Assembly: GCF_004010195.1 (NCBI RefSeq)
Contig: NC_057719.1
Span: 30,703,619 to 30,742,823 of the forward strand
Direction of reading: 5' to 3'
Length of the DNA stretch: 39,205 nt
DNA from: Chiloscyllium plagiosum
Taxonomy: Eukaryota
Both the position numbers and the translations under genes were made by a program. Shown piece by piece: positions 22,023 through 34,021 of this stretch (the first letter of the stretch is position 1; each line of letters opens with the position of its first letter). The notes under the pieces were generated by a model. The model had not been told where the DNA came from, did no database searches, and saw only the letters and a list, made by a program, of their open reading frames with translations.

Positions 22023-22650
22023 AATGCTTTTCTCTATTGGTCAGAGTATTGAGTACAGGAGTTGGGAGGTCATGTTGCGGCTGTACAGGACATTGGTCAG
22101 GCCATTGTTGAAATGTTGCGTGCAATTCTGCTCTCCTTCCTATCGGAAAGATGTTGTGAAACTTGAAAGGGTTCAGAAAAGATTTACAAGGATTTTGCCA
22201 GGGTTGGAGGATTTGAGCTATAGGGAGAGGTTGAATAGGCTAGGTCTGTTTTCCCTGGAGCATTGGAGGCTGAGGGGTGACCTTATAGAGGTTTATAAAA
22301 TCATGAGGGGCATGGATAGGATAAATGGACAAAGTCTTTTCCCTGGGGTGGGGGGAGTGCAGAACTAGAGGGTGAGAGGGGAAAGATATAAAAGAGGTCT
22401 ATGGGGCAACGTTTTCACTCAGAGGGTGGTATGTGTATGGAATGAGCTGCCAGAGGAAGTGGTGGAGGCTGGTACAATTGCAACATTTAAGAGGCATTTG
22501 GATGGGTATATGAATAGGAAGGGTTTGGAGGGATATGGGCCAGGTGCTGGTAGGTGGGACTAGATTGGGTTGGGATATCTGGTCGGCATGGATGGTTAGA
22601 CCGAAGGGTCTGTCTCTATGCAGTACATCTCTATGACTCAATGACTCTAT
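22023..22650 (+). mobile_element. Young CR1 (HER1-like) LINE 3' fragment
   Basis: EYRSWEVMLRLYRTLVRPLL..CVQF.SPSYRKDVVKLERVQKRFTR...FTQRVVCVWNELPEEVVEAG; tail ctctatgactcaatgactctat. Confidence 0.93.
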
Positions 22651-22899
22651 TAGGGAAAGTTACAAGAATCGCAGAAGCATAGAAATTGGATATAAATAAC
22701 ATTTGTAGAAATGAGGTTAAAATTCAAAGTCTGCATAGAAAGTAAGAATTCAGATTGAGAAAACACACAAAGTCCTGAAGTCCTAGACAGGACGGTTACT
22801 CCACAACCCACAGAAAGAAGGTAGTCTTGTGGGGGGGGGGGGGGGGGGGGAGAGGAAGATAGCTGAAAAATGGATAATCTGGGTTTTGCAGGAGTTTGC

Positions 22900-23650
22900 A
22901 GTCTTCACTCCCTCTGAAACTGGCAACAATCGCGTGGGTTCAGCTCAATGTGAAAGTCCAATATTTGCTGTCAGACGTTCAATGCTTCTCCATTGAAGCT
23001 GGTGAAGTCACTGTTCTGCGCAATCAGTTAGAAATCATTGAACTGACAAGAACATTGCCTTTTAAGTTGTCATATTGCTTTTAAATACCCTGCAGTAAAA
23101 CCACATTTAATTTATAAAATGGCATCTAATAATAACACTTGAAGCTGTCAAGTGTTATTTAACACTTTCTGACAGAATGTTCCTAATTCCTCAGCTGGCT
23201 TTAAAACTGTCAAATAAGGCAGATTTTCACGGTTCTTCCAAACCCTGATTGAAGTATTGTAGGTGATTGAAACCAAGCTTCTCCCAGAACTGCCAAGGAT
23301 GATAATGACATCAAAAGATGTACAAGTTAGTTTGGACCTAAATCTAACCTGTACATCTTCTCACCTATAGGAAGTTTGTGTGGGTTGTTTTTCCATTGGG
23401 AAATGCAAAATTGTGCACTGGTGACTCATTCTTTTGTCAAATTCTCCCCATTTCTAATGATCTCAGGACACAAATATCCGGGCCTTTCATGGAAACTAAC
23501 AGTTCTTGACAGCTGATGGCTTTGCTAGCTGGCAAGCAGCAAAATGTTGTTAGGAATTAATGATTTTTCCATAATTTGTATTGTTACAAAAATGAGTTAT
23601 CTGAAATATTAATTGATTAAGTCATCTGTTTCATTGAACACAAACTGGTT
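22900..23650. promoter_or_regulatory. Candidate enhancer / conserved non-coding element
   Basis: No recognisable repeat; TGACAG/CTGTCA at 22968, 23145, 23170, 23207, 23507; palindrome 23131-23159; several TAAT cores. Confidence 0.4.
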
Positions 23651-24025
23651 AAATAGAGACACTGAGTTAGCACACTTTTATACCCAGTGTGCTGATGGGA
23701 AAAGAATTAGTTTCGAGCACAAACCATCAGAAAGGGGAAATAACTTTTATCCTCTCTTCCTTCTTTAAAATCTCTTTCATCAAATTTTGTGAGTTGAAAC
23801 ACCTCATCCCTGCAAGTAGAGATTTCTTAAAAGAGAAGTTGGGGGGGATCCAAGATGGCAGCAACCTAGGAAGTTTGTGTTGCACAGCTCCGCACTGCAG
23901 CGCAAACAGGACGAACTTTTAACCCGCCCTACCCGGACCACCGCGATATCCTGGGACTCTGCAAAGGTCGTGGAGTCCTAGGAAACTGCTAAAAATCAAC
24001 TTACCTTGGTTTTTGTCGTCCAGGG

Positions 24026-24826
24026 ATGCCGAAGACGGGAAGAGGAGCGTCTGAGGCCAGGCCCACGGCCCAACCTGCAGGATCCTCGGACTCGATTTCT
24101 TACCAGGCCTTGGTGAAGGAGCTCGCAAGATGTTGGGTAAGCGGAAAGAGGAGAAGCTGGCCCCGATCTCTATCATACTGCAGAAACGCAAACAGCAACT
24201 GGGAGACCTGAAGAAAAGGATGGATGAGGTAGAACACAGAGTCACAGTGGTGGAAGCTGGTATCGGTTCCTCCAAGGTTAGGATTCAGGCCCTGGAGATG
24301 CAGGTCTGTAATTTGCTTGATCAAGTTGATGACCTCGAGAACAGGGGCAGGAGAAAAAAATATTCGGATCGTTGGCCTGTAGGAGGGTAAGGAAGGTCAG
24401 CGGCTGGTGGAATTTATTGAGAATTGATTGCCGAAATTCCTTAACTTGGAGGCTGGAAAGAGAGGTTAGAAGATTGAGAGGGCTCACTGGGTCACGGCAC
24501 AGAGGTTAGGTTCGTATCAACGTCCTCGTCCTATCTTGTGCGGTTTCATTACTGTAGAGATAAGGAGAGAATCGTGGAAGCTTCCAGAATCCAGGGGAAG
24601 GATCCAAAGGCCCTAGTTTACGAGGGCTATAAAATCATGTTCTCCCAGGACTTCTCAGTGGTGGTGATCCAGAAAAGAAAATCCTAAGACATTGTCAAGA
24701 GAAGATTGAGGGAGCTCGGGATCCAGTACTCTCTGATGGTGCTTTCAATCACCATTGATGGATCCACACATCTCTGACACGTCAAAGAAAGCAAGAGACT
24801 TTGTGGACAAATTAAACTTAATCTGA
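24026..24826 (+). pseudogene. L1 ORF1 (coiled coil + RRM + CTD), frameshifted
   Basis: DDLENRGRRK.IRIVGL*EG.E, LKIERAHWV, QRPRPI, IMFSQDFS motifs across frames. Confidence 0.9.
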
Positions 24827-25478
24827 AAAATTTAGTATGTACAAATAGTAGTGTTGTTTGGATATGTCTTTGTTTTTTCTTTTAAAAAAAAGAAGTCTAG
24901 TCAGGGATTTATTTTCCTATCTTTTTTATTGGTAATAATCTGGTCTAAACTATGTTTGGCGGCTTTTGAGATATGTACTTTCAATTTCTAAGTTAAGTTA
25001 TACCAAAGGATGGGTAGAGTACCTAATGTCTTTTCTTCAAAATTTCTTTATTCACATTGCTATTCCATGGGGTATTTTCTTTCTTTCCTGCTTGCATTTG
25101 TGGTGTGGCTCTAGCTAGGAGGAGGGAAATGGTTGGGATGGCTGGATGCCTTCTTACAGGCAGTTTATCCCTGGTTCAGGTATTTAAATGACCTGGCTGC
25201 AGTTTTGGCAGTGGGATGGGAGGTTGGGTTTTGGGATGCGTAGTTGCCCCCTTTGGGCAGGGGGCTGAGTTCTCCTATTCAGCGCCGTTGGTGCTTTATA
25301 TGTTGGTTTGTGTTTTGGTTTTTGTTGTAAATAGTCTTTGATAGATTTGTAGGTTTGTTAACTGTAGTGGTTTTGGTTTATGTAGTTTTTATATTCAATT
25401 GATCTTGCAAGACTAAGACTCACTGATTTGTGGTTCGAGTTCCTCCTCTCTGGAATCTAAATGTTACTGCAGAAGGTT

Positions 25479-28400
25479 ATGGCTAATGAATTGATTAAAT
25501 GGTGCACCTGAAACATCAAGGAAAGTTTCTCACCAATTAAGAGGAAAAAGGTACATTTGAGTCTTAGCAAGGAAAAGGTGGATATTGCTTTGTTACAGGA
25601 GACACACTTGGATGATTGGGAGCATTTGAAACTACAGCAGAATGGCTTTGATCAGGTTTACTTTTCATCTTTTAAGACGAGAGATAGGGGAGTGGCTATA
25701 TTGGTTAGGAGGAATCTCCCATTTAAGTTACTAGAGTGCATTAAAGACACACAGGGAAGTTTGGTAATTCTCAAAGCCTTGATGAATGGGGAAGAATATG
25801 GTGATTTAAACGTTAATTGCCCTCCGGCCCATCCCCTCAAATTTCTGATAGATGTGTTCTTTAAATTGATCACTCTTGAGTCCCGACATATCATTATAGG
25901 GGGAGATTTTAATTGTCTTATGGACCCCACAGTAAACAGGTTGTCCAAAGGCTCCCTGATACCATCTGTACACACTAAACAATTAGTGGATCAATGTGTG
26001 GAGTTAGGTTGGTGGATGTCGGGAGCAGGAATTTTACATTTCTTTACGATCCACAATGATGTTACACCAGGATTGATTTTTTTTCTGTCCCCGTGGCAAC
26101 CCTGAGCTTGATGGCATCTTGTACGTTTGATAATATTACCATCTCTGATCACACTCCAGTGTACCTGTTGGTTAAAATTAAGGATGTTACAGTGGGTTCG
26201 AGGCACTGGCAAAAGGATCCCTTTATCCTCAAGGATAATAAGTTTGTGGAGTACTTCTCTAGGGAGTTTCGGGCATTCCTAGACATTAATTCAGGCTCGG
26301 TTAGTAGCCTGTCCGTCCTTTGGGAAACTGCCAAAGCCTATGCCGGGGGTGAATTATTTCCTACTTTGCCAGTATGAAGTGGCAGAAGGGTGAGCAGCAA
26401 TGTCTTCTCGAAGCACAGTAGAAGGCAGCTGAGAAGGCTTACTTTGACAGACCCTCGTTGGTCAAGCTACAGAGGATTAGGGCACTGCGGTCTGCATTGA
26501 ATTCCGTGCTCACACAGACAGCAAAGAAGGAGCTTACCTTTGCAAAGCAAAAGCTATATGAGCATGGTGACAAACCGGGCAAGTACCTAGCATATCTTGT
26601 CAGGTAAAGGAATGCCCATCAAGCCATTACATCGATTAGGGAAAGGTCCGAGAACCTAACATGTGATTCCAAAAAAATTAATGTGGCATTCCAGAGATTT
26701 TACTCTGAATTATACCAATCTGAGGTCTGTGAGGCGGGGCGGGGCAAGATGAAGTCCTTTTTTCGAGGATCTGGAGCTCCCAGATATAACCCCCGAACAA
26801 GAATCTTTTCTCAATTCCCCCTTATCAGAGCAAGAGGTGCAAGAGGCTGTGAAGCAGCTTCAGAGTGAAAAGGAGCCTGGTCTTGATGGACTCCCCAGCA
26901 AATTCTATAAGGAATTTATAAACATACTGTCAGGCCCGATGCTCAATATGTTTAGTGACTCATACAGTCATGATTGTCTCCTGCCATCTCTGAGAGAGGC
27001 CAATATTTCACTTATTCTTAAAATAGGGAAGGTCCTGGAGGGCTGTGCTTGGTACAGGCCCATTTCACTCCTAAATGTGCACTTCAAAATAATGTCTAAG
27101 ACTCTTGAGTTAAGGCCGGAGACTGTGTCACCTTCTATTGTTAAAGAGGACCAGAAGGGCTTCATAAAGGACTTCAGATCCTCCAATAATGTTAGGAGAC
27201 TGCTTAATGTAATTCAAACATGTCATCAACAGTCAGTACAGGGATTGGTGATTTCTCTAGATGCAGAGAAGGCATTTGATTGAGTTGAGTGGCCATACCT
27301 TTTTTATATTCTGGAGCAGTTTGATTTGGGCGAAGCCTGTATAAGATGGGTAAAGCTTCTCTACAGTGATCCTCTTGCTGCGGTCATCACCAATGGCAGG
27401 GCTGTCCCCTTTTGCCATTGCATTTTACATTGGTGATTGAACCATTGGTGGAGGACATTCATAGGGATCTTAATATATCGGCTCCAAGAGTGGGGTCAAA
27501 ATTACATAAGAGCTTGTTGTATGCAGACGATGTCCTCATTTGTTTTGGCAAATCCAGCAGTTTTGGTGCCTTGCCTGATAAAATGCATCAGCATGTTTGG
27601 CACCTTTTCGGGATACAAAATCAGAGGCTATGCCCATGGGTGGTCTTACGAAAGTGCTAGGTCTTGAGGATGAACATTGATTCCCATTTAAGTGATCACA
27701 GAGGGTTTTGTGATTTTGGCATATTCATTACTCCAGTTCTTGATCGGTTGTTTAAAGCTAATTTTGTTCAATATTTTGACAAAATCAAACAAGACCTTCA
27801 AAGATGGGAGGCACTACCGGTCTCATGGTAGGTCGGATAGCGCGTATTAAGATGAATATTCTCCCGTGTTTGTTGTACCCTATACAGATGCACCCCCTGA
27901 TTTTCAATAAGCAAACGTTCAGGAGACTGAATGGCTGGTTCAGCTCTTTTAGTTGGCATCATAAGCAGCCCCTTATTAAATTAGCTAAACTGAAATTGCC
28001 TCACAGATTGGGGGGAGTGGATCTCCCAGACATTAAAAACTATCAACTAAGCTTGTTTTTATCTTACATGAGTGATTGGGCTTGTGGGGACCCCCTTTCA
28101 ATATGGTTGGATATTGAAACCTCTCTACTAGCTTGCTGTTTTTGGACAAAATGAGGACGGTTAAGGAATATTGCCATAACCCAGTAGTTATCAATACTGT
28201 TAAAGCGTGGAGGGCAATTCGGCAGAGTGAAGGCAATATTGGCAAAACACCTCCTCTTACACGTTTAGTGGGTAAATCAGGTTTTCAATCGGGGATAATA
28301 GATTCAGGATTCAACCATTGGGCAGCTAGGGGTGTGTCTTGCATGGGCGATTTATTTGAGGGAGACACAATGATGTCCTTTGATCAGTTAACATGGAAGT

Positions 28401-29186
28401 ACAAGCTATCTAACAGGGGCCTCTTTTGTTTTTTTCAAATTAAGGATTTTATTCAAAAAAAGACTACACTTTTGACTGATCCCTACAAATCCGACATAGA
28501 GAGGAGGTGTTCAGTGCTCAGAGTACACTTTCTGTCAGCACTTTATATCATCAATTGGGCAGAGCACTCCCTCAGATGAGTTTGATTGGCTCTGCAGGGA
28601 GAGAAAACTAGGCATTGAGGTCTCCTCAGAGACATGGGAAGATATTTGGGAAAACACAAGAAAGATATCAATTTGCAATAGGACCCATACTTTATAGTTG
28701 AAGATTCTCCACAGGATCCACTTGGCTCCAGATTGTTTGTCAAAATTTAAACCAGGGGTATCTTGAACATGTCGCAAGTGCAAGGTGATAGGGGCACTCT
28801 TAACTCATTGTCTCTGGTCCTGTGTAGGCTTCAAACATATGGAGCACTGTGGTGGGTGCAATGGAGGGGATTTTGGGTGTAAGGGTGGAGAAGGACTCAA
28901 CCTTACTTCTTTTTGGCCTGGCCAGTGTGTTCCCTGCAGTTGCACATAAGAAAAGATTTTTAAGCGTCCTCACTTTCTGTGCAAGAAAGAATATTTTGTT
29001 AGGTTGGGATCCGAAAATCCCCTGGGCCTGTCGGGTTGGCGGAAGATTATTATGGAGCATATCCTCTTGGATTTTCTTACGCGTACAGTACAACACAAGA
29101 CTGAGAACTTCTATAGGACATGGTGGCCCTTTTTGGAATACCCAGACACAGATTTGTCTGCCACACTAATAAGGGCTTTTATATAG
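25479..29186 (+). pseudogene. L1 ORF2 (APE endonuclease, RT, Cys knuckle), multiple stops and frameshifts
   Basis: IALLQETHL, GGDFN, ISDH, PGLDGLP, YRPISLLN, SLDAEKAFD, QGCPL, YADD (27520-27531), CRKCK...HCLWSC (about 28770-28823). Confidence 0.95.
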
Positions 29187-29567
29187 CTGTAACGATTGTG
29201 ATTTACGAGTCCAATATCCAGAGAGGGGGAACTGCGAATGTATGAATAGGTGAAAACTAATGCTCTCGATATTCGAGACTGAGTGTTTTGTTTGGCTGAG
29301 CTGAGTTATTATTATTTATTCGTTTGTCGTGGTTATTATTTATTTAGTTAAGTAGTGAGTTGGAGTTTTTTTAATATATTTTTTTCTATACATATTTATA
29401 CATTTGTACCTGAGGGCGGTTTGGCTTTTTAACATTTTTTTTAGTGTTCTTTGTTTGTATTGTTTTGCATTTGTTGTAATATTAGAAAATCTATTTTTCA
29501 ATAAAAATATATTTAAAGAAAAAGAGAAGTCTGTATCCATATTATCTTCTCCAGAAAAAGAGAACCA

Positions 29568-30545
29568 ATCACAGCATTGTTACAGTGCTGAAGGAAGCAT
29601 TTGACCCACCATGCTTGCATCAATTCTAACACATAGTGCCAAATTCCTATCTTTTCCCCATATCTCTGCATACCATTTCTATCTAAGTAATAATTCTATG
29701 CCCTCTTGAATGCCTCAATTCAACCTGCTTTGACCTCATATCCAAACAATGCATTGTATATCCTAACTACTCCCAGTCTAAGGAAGGTTTTCTCCCATCA
29801 TCCTGGCTTCGTTTGAACATCACTTTAAATCTATGCTCTCTCTTTTTTCTCTTTTACAAGTAGGAATAGCTTCTCCCTATCAACTCTATCCATCCCGCAA
29901 ACAAAACCTTTGTCAAATCTCCTTTTTGCCTTTTCTTCAAGGAGAACAGTTCCAACTTCTTTAAACTAATCTCGTAAGTGAAGTGTCCCATTCCTGGAAA
30001 CAGTTTTGTAAATTGACTCTGCACTTTCTCCAGTGCATTCACATCTTTCCGATAATGTGGTGTCTACAATTGTACTTCAGCTCAGATCTAACAAGTGTCT
30101 TTCTCATGTTAAACATCACCTCCTTGTTCAGTAATCTATGCCCCTGTTAATATTTCGCATATCTAGCCACCTTCAATGATATGCGCACATGCAGGTCTCT
30201 CTGTTCCTGTAGCCCCTTTAGAATTGTACCCCCTACTTTTATTGTCTTTAATATTGTTCTGATCAAACCTTACACTTCTTGCATTGAATCCATTTGCCAC
30301 CTATCTGCTCACTCCACCAATTTTTAAATATCAGTTTGGAGTTCCATACCAACTTCCTCATAATTTATAGTTCTTCCAATTTTAATGTTATCTGCAAGCT
30401 TTGAAATTGTTCCCATCACACCAAGATCCAGGTTATGAATATGTATCAGGAATAGCAAGAGTCCCAGCACCAACCACTGGGGATCTCCACTATAAATCTT
30501 CCCTCAGCCTGAAAAATATCCATTGGCCAGCTATCAATCAGCCAC
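29568..30545 (-). mobile_element. CR1 3' fragment
   Basis: ORF 29854..30042 ALEKVQSQFTKLFPGM..FTYE..LKKLELFSL; FKLADNIKIG-like at 30375-30405. Confidence 0.8.
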
Positions 30546-30550
30546 AACTG

Positions 30551-31076
30551 ATCCAGGAAGAAATTCCAGCATCAATATCTTGTGTGGAAAGTGACTTTGG
30601 CTACAGACCAGCATTTTACTATTTTTTGAACAAGTTTATTTGTTAATTTAAGCAACCTAGCTGACTTGTTTCGGGTGCCTGTAAATATGTTGATATAAAC
30701 CATAATAACACTGTCAGCTTCCTTTAAAACACAAATTTAATGTGGCCAACAGAAAGGAAAGGAATCAAGTCCACCCTCCCCCCCCCCCCCCCCCCCCCCC
30801 CACCAAAAAAAATTTTTTTTAATTACAAAATCCAGGAAGAAATTCCAGCATCAATATCTTGTGTGGAAAGTGACTTTGGCTACAGACCAGCATTTTACTA
30901 TTTTTTGAACAAGTTTATTTGTTAATTTAAGCAACCTAGCTGACTTGTTTCGGGTGCCTGTAAATATGTTGATATAAACCATAATAACACTGTCAGCTTC
31001 CTTTAAAACACAAATTTAATGTGGCCAACAGAAAGGAAAGGAATCAAGTCCACCCTCCCCCCCCCCCCCCCCCCCC
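30551..31076 (+). repeat. About 250-bp tandem duplication ending in poly-C (probable assembly artefact)
   Basis: 30551-30801 and 30830-31076 appear identical apart from poly-C length. Confidence 0.9.
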
Positions 31077-32140
31077 AACAGCCATAGCAATAAACTTTTA
31101 TTGTAGTACAAATAACAGAACAGTTCAAATCTGCTTCTGAAAGGTCCTCCTTCTCATCCATTCTGTTCCTTCTTCCTGTCAACAGCATCTTCTGCTCATC
31201 ATCCAACCCTCTGTTGTGATTGTTTTCCTTCAGATTTTATTTCCTCAGCTTTAAATCATGATTCCCTTCATGAGCTCTAAAATGGCAATGAAAATTGTGT
31301 TTCTTTAATTCACTTCTTGATCTATTTAACTTTTGAGTTAAAATGAATTAGCTCTTCAGTTAGTTAATTGCAGTCAAAAGAAACTGCGTGTTTATGCTAA
31401 GGCCGGTGTAAATCTCAAATGTTTTCATTAGATTGTTCATGCACAGAGATGACTTTTAGTTCATGGGAAATGAATATAAAAACTAGCAATACCTGGAAAT
31501 GAACATCCTAGTCATATTGAGTTTCATTTTGAAGTATACAAGACAAGTCAGACCAATGCATTCTTTGCATGTTTACAGGGTTTTCTTTCTACTTACTCAT
31601 AGTTGTATAAACATCAACAAAGCTTAGTGTTCATGGAAATGGATCTAATGCTGTTTTACTCAACTGAATCTTAACTCCTGGAAACAGATGATTTAACCTT
31701 ATGTCAGAGATTAAAATGTAACAAATCTAGAACAGGAATTAAATGTTCTGATAACTGTTACTTCATGGATTTTAATGTAGACAGGACAAGGGTGGGGAGG
31801 GGGGCAATGTAAGCAATTTGCTAGTGGAGGCTATTTGATTATGTAAATATTCTAATAAGGCCGCATGCCCTCACTTAACAATTGCTTCATGTTTTAACCT
31901 GCTGCTTGGTTCCTGGACCGTGGACATTCCAAGGTTCAAAAGAGCCATGAAGGATATTGAACAATGAATGCCTTTTGCAATGTTTGTGAGCAAGGATAAT
32001 CACAAGGATTTCCTCCATGCCCAATATTCTAATATAGTGATCCTCACTTATGTGATTTGTCTGTTTCAACTCCTCCACTCTGCATCTCATGTCTGAACCA
32101 CCATCTGCTCTACAATGGGACATCCCACAGCTACCACCAT

Positions 32141-32417
32141 ACAGCACGGTGGCACACTGGTTAGCACTGCTGCCTCATAGTGCCAGAGACCTGGGTTCAA
32201 TTCCCGTCTCAGAAGACTGTCTGTGTGGAGTTTGCACATTCTCCCTGTGACTGTGTGGGTTTCCTCCCACAGTCCAAAAATGTGCAGGTCAGATGATTTA
32301 GCCATGCTAAATTGCCTGTAGTGTAGGGGAATGGGTCTGGGTGGGTTGCTCTTCGGAGGGTCAGTGTGGACTTGTTGGGCCGAAAGGCCTGTTTCCACAC
32401 TGTAAGTGATCTAATCT
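32141..32417 (+). mobile_element. HE1-type V-SINE (tRNA head, V domain, CR1-derived tail)
   Basis: A box tggcacactgg 32150-32160, B box ggttcaattcc 32194-32204, ctgtgtggagtttgcacattctccc V core, tail gggccgaaaggcctgtttccacactgt...atctaatct. Confidence 0.9.
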
Positions 32418-32492
32418 GGAACCACCTCCCTGCAATGTGAATACACCCCAGTAATTGATTTTTAAAATTCCTGTCTCCTATATTCGGCAAAT

Positions 32493-34021
32493 AGGAGAAA
32501 GTGAGGACTGCAGATGCTGGCTATCAGAATCGAAAAGGCAGCATCCGAGGAGCAGGAGAATTGACGTTTTGGGCATAAGCCCTGCATCAAGAATGCGAGG
32601 AGGAGGAAAGCGGCTGAGAGATAAATAGGATGGTGGGGGAAGGGCAGTGGGGAAGATAGCTGGGAAGGTGATAGGTAAATACAAGTGGGGAGGGTAATGA
32701 TGGATAGGTTGGAGGGGAGGGTGGAGCAGATAGGTGGGAAGGAAGATGGATAGATAAGGCCGTTCAAGAGGATGGTGCTGAGTTGACAGGTTGGATCTAG
32801 GATGAGGTGGAGGGAGGGAACATCTAATTCAAAGCCACTAACTCCCACAGTTACCTGGACTACACCTTCTCCCACTCCCCCTCCTGTAAAAACATTATCC
32901 CTTACTCCCAATTCCTCCGCCTCTGTTGTATCTGCACCCAGGCAAAGCAATTCCACTCAGGACATTCCTGATGGCCTCCTACTTCAAGGACCGTGATTTC
33001 CCCTCCCATGTAATCAACAATATCCTCCAGTGCATTTCCTCCACTTCCCGCACCTCTGCCCTTGAACCCAGCCCTTCCAATCGCAACAAGGATAGAAAGC
33101 CCCTGGCCCTCACCTTTTACCCCACTAATCTCCGGATACAGCATATTATCCTCCATTTCTGCCATCTACAATCTGACCCACACCAAAGATATATTTCCCT
33201 CCCCACCTCTATCAGCATTCTGCAGAGACCATTCCCTCCACAACTCCCTCGTTGGGTCTACGCCCCCCACCAACCCACCCTCCACTCCCGGCACCTTCCC
33301 TTGCTGCTGCAATGGGTACAAAACCTGCACCCACACCTCTCCCCTCATCTCCGTCCTAGGTTCCAAAGGATCCTTCCACATTCAGCAGGATCCTTCCTGC
33401 ACAACCAAACACCTCATCTATTGTGTCCGTTGCTCTTGATGTGGTCTCTGCTACGTTGGAGTGACAGGATGCGAATTTGCAGAACATTTCAGGGAACATC
33501 TCTGGAACATGCACCAAACAACCCCACTGCCCTCTGGCCAATTACTTCAACTCCTCCTCCCACTTCCCTAAGGACATGCAAGCCCTGGGCCACCTCCACC
33601 GCCACATCGAACCCACCTGATGCCTGGAGAAAGAACGCCTCATCTTCTGCCTTGGGACCTTCCAACCACATAGCATCAGCGTTTATTTCACTGGTTTCCT
33701 TACCTCCCCTCCCTCCACCTCATCCTGGATCCAACCCTCCAACTCGGCACTGCCCTCTTCAACTGCCCTACCTGTCCATCTTCCTTCGCACCCAACCGAT
33801 CCACCCTTCCCTCCAATCTATCACCATCACCCCAACCTGTATGTACATATTGCCTTCCCAGTTACCTTCCCCCCGGCCCCATCCTGAACCGCCTATTTAT
33901 CTCTCAGCCTCTGCCTCCCCACCCCACATTCCTGATGAAGGGCTTATGGCTAAAATGACTATTCTCCTGCGCCTCAGATGCTGCCTGACCTGCTGTGCTT
34001 TTCCAGCATCATACTTTTTGA
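32493..34021 (+). mobile_element. 5'-truncated Neptune-type Penelope-like element with inverted 5' pLTR
   Basis: Inverted terminus 32493-32812; + strand SHSYLDY..SH, PYSQFLRL, Cys linker PGTFPCCCNGYKTC, GIY-YIG LIYCVRCS*CGLCYVG.TG; hammerhead remnants 32563-32590 (-) and 33932-33959 (+); decayed TSD 32475-32492 / 34022-34039 (14/18). Confidence 0.9.

Larger units (their letters stand above)
23841..29519 (+). mobile_element. Full-length, inactivated LINE-1 (about 5.7 kb)
   Basis: 5' gggggggatcCAAGATGGC (YY1-type start), ORF1, spacer, ORF2, AATAAA 29500-29505; TSD aaaagagaagt 23829-23839 / 29520-29530; TT|AAAA endonuclease site. Confidence 0.95.

Noticed and set aside
22831..22850. G20 homopolymer as a functional G-quadruplex
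   Set aside because: Simple homopolymer of unreliable length with no supporting context
30551..31076. Perfect 250-bp tandem duplication and the two similar ORFs (IQEEIPASISCVESDFGY...)
   Set aside because: Copies look identical, both end in long poly-C, and the spacer (accaaaaaaaattttttttaattacaaa) resembles a garbled read of the sequence following copy 2; most likely an assembly artefact, testable by read depth
32141..32215. tRNA gene
   Set aside because: A/B boxes belong to a SINE head continuing into V domain and LINE tail; no full cloverleaf or terminator
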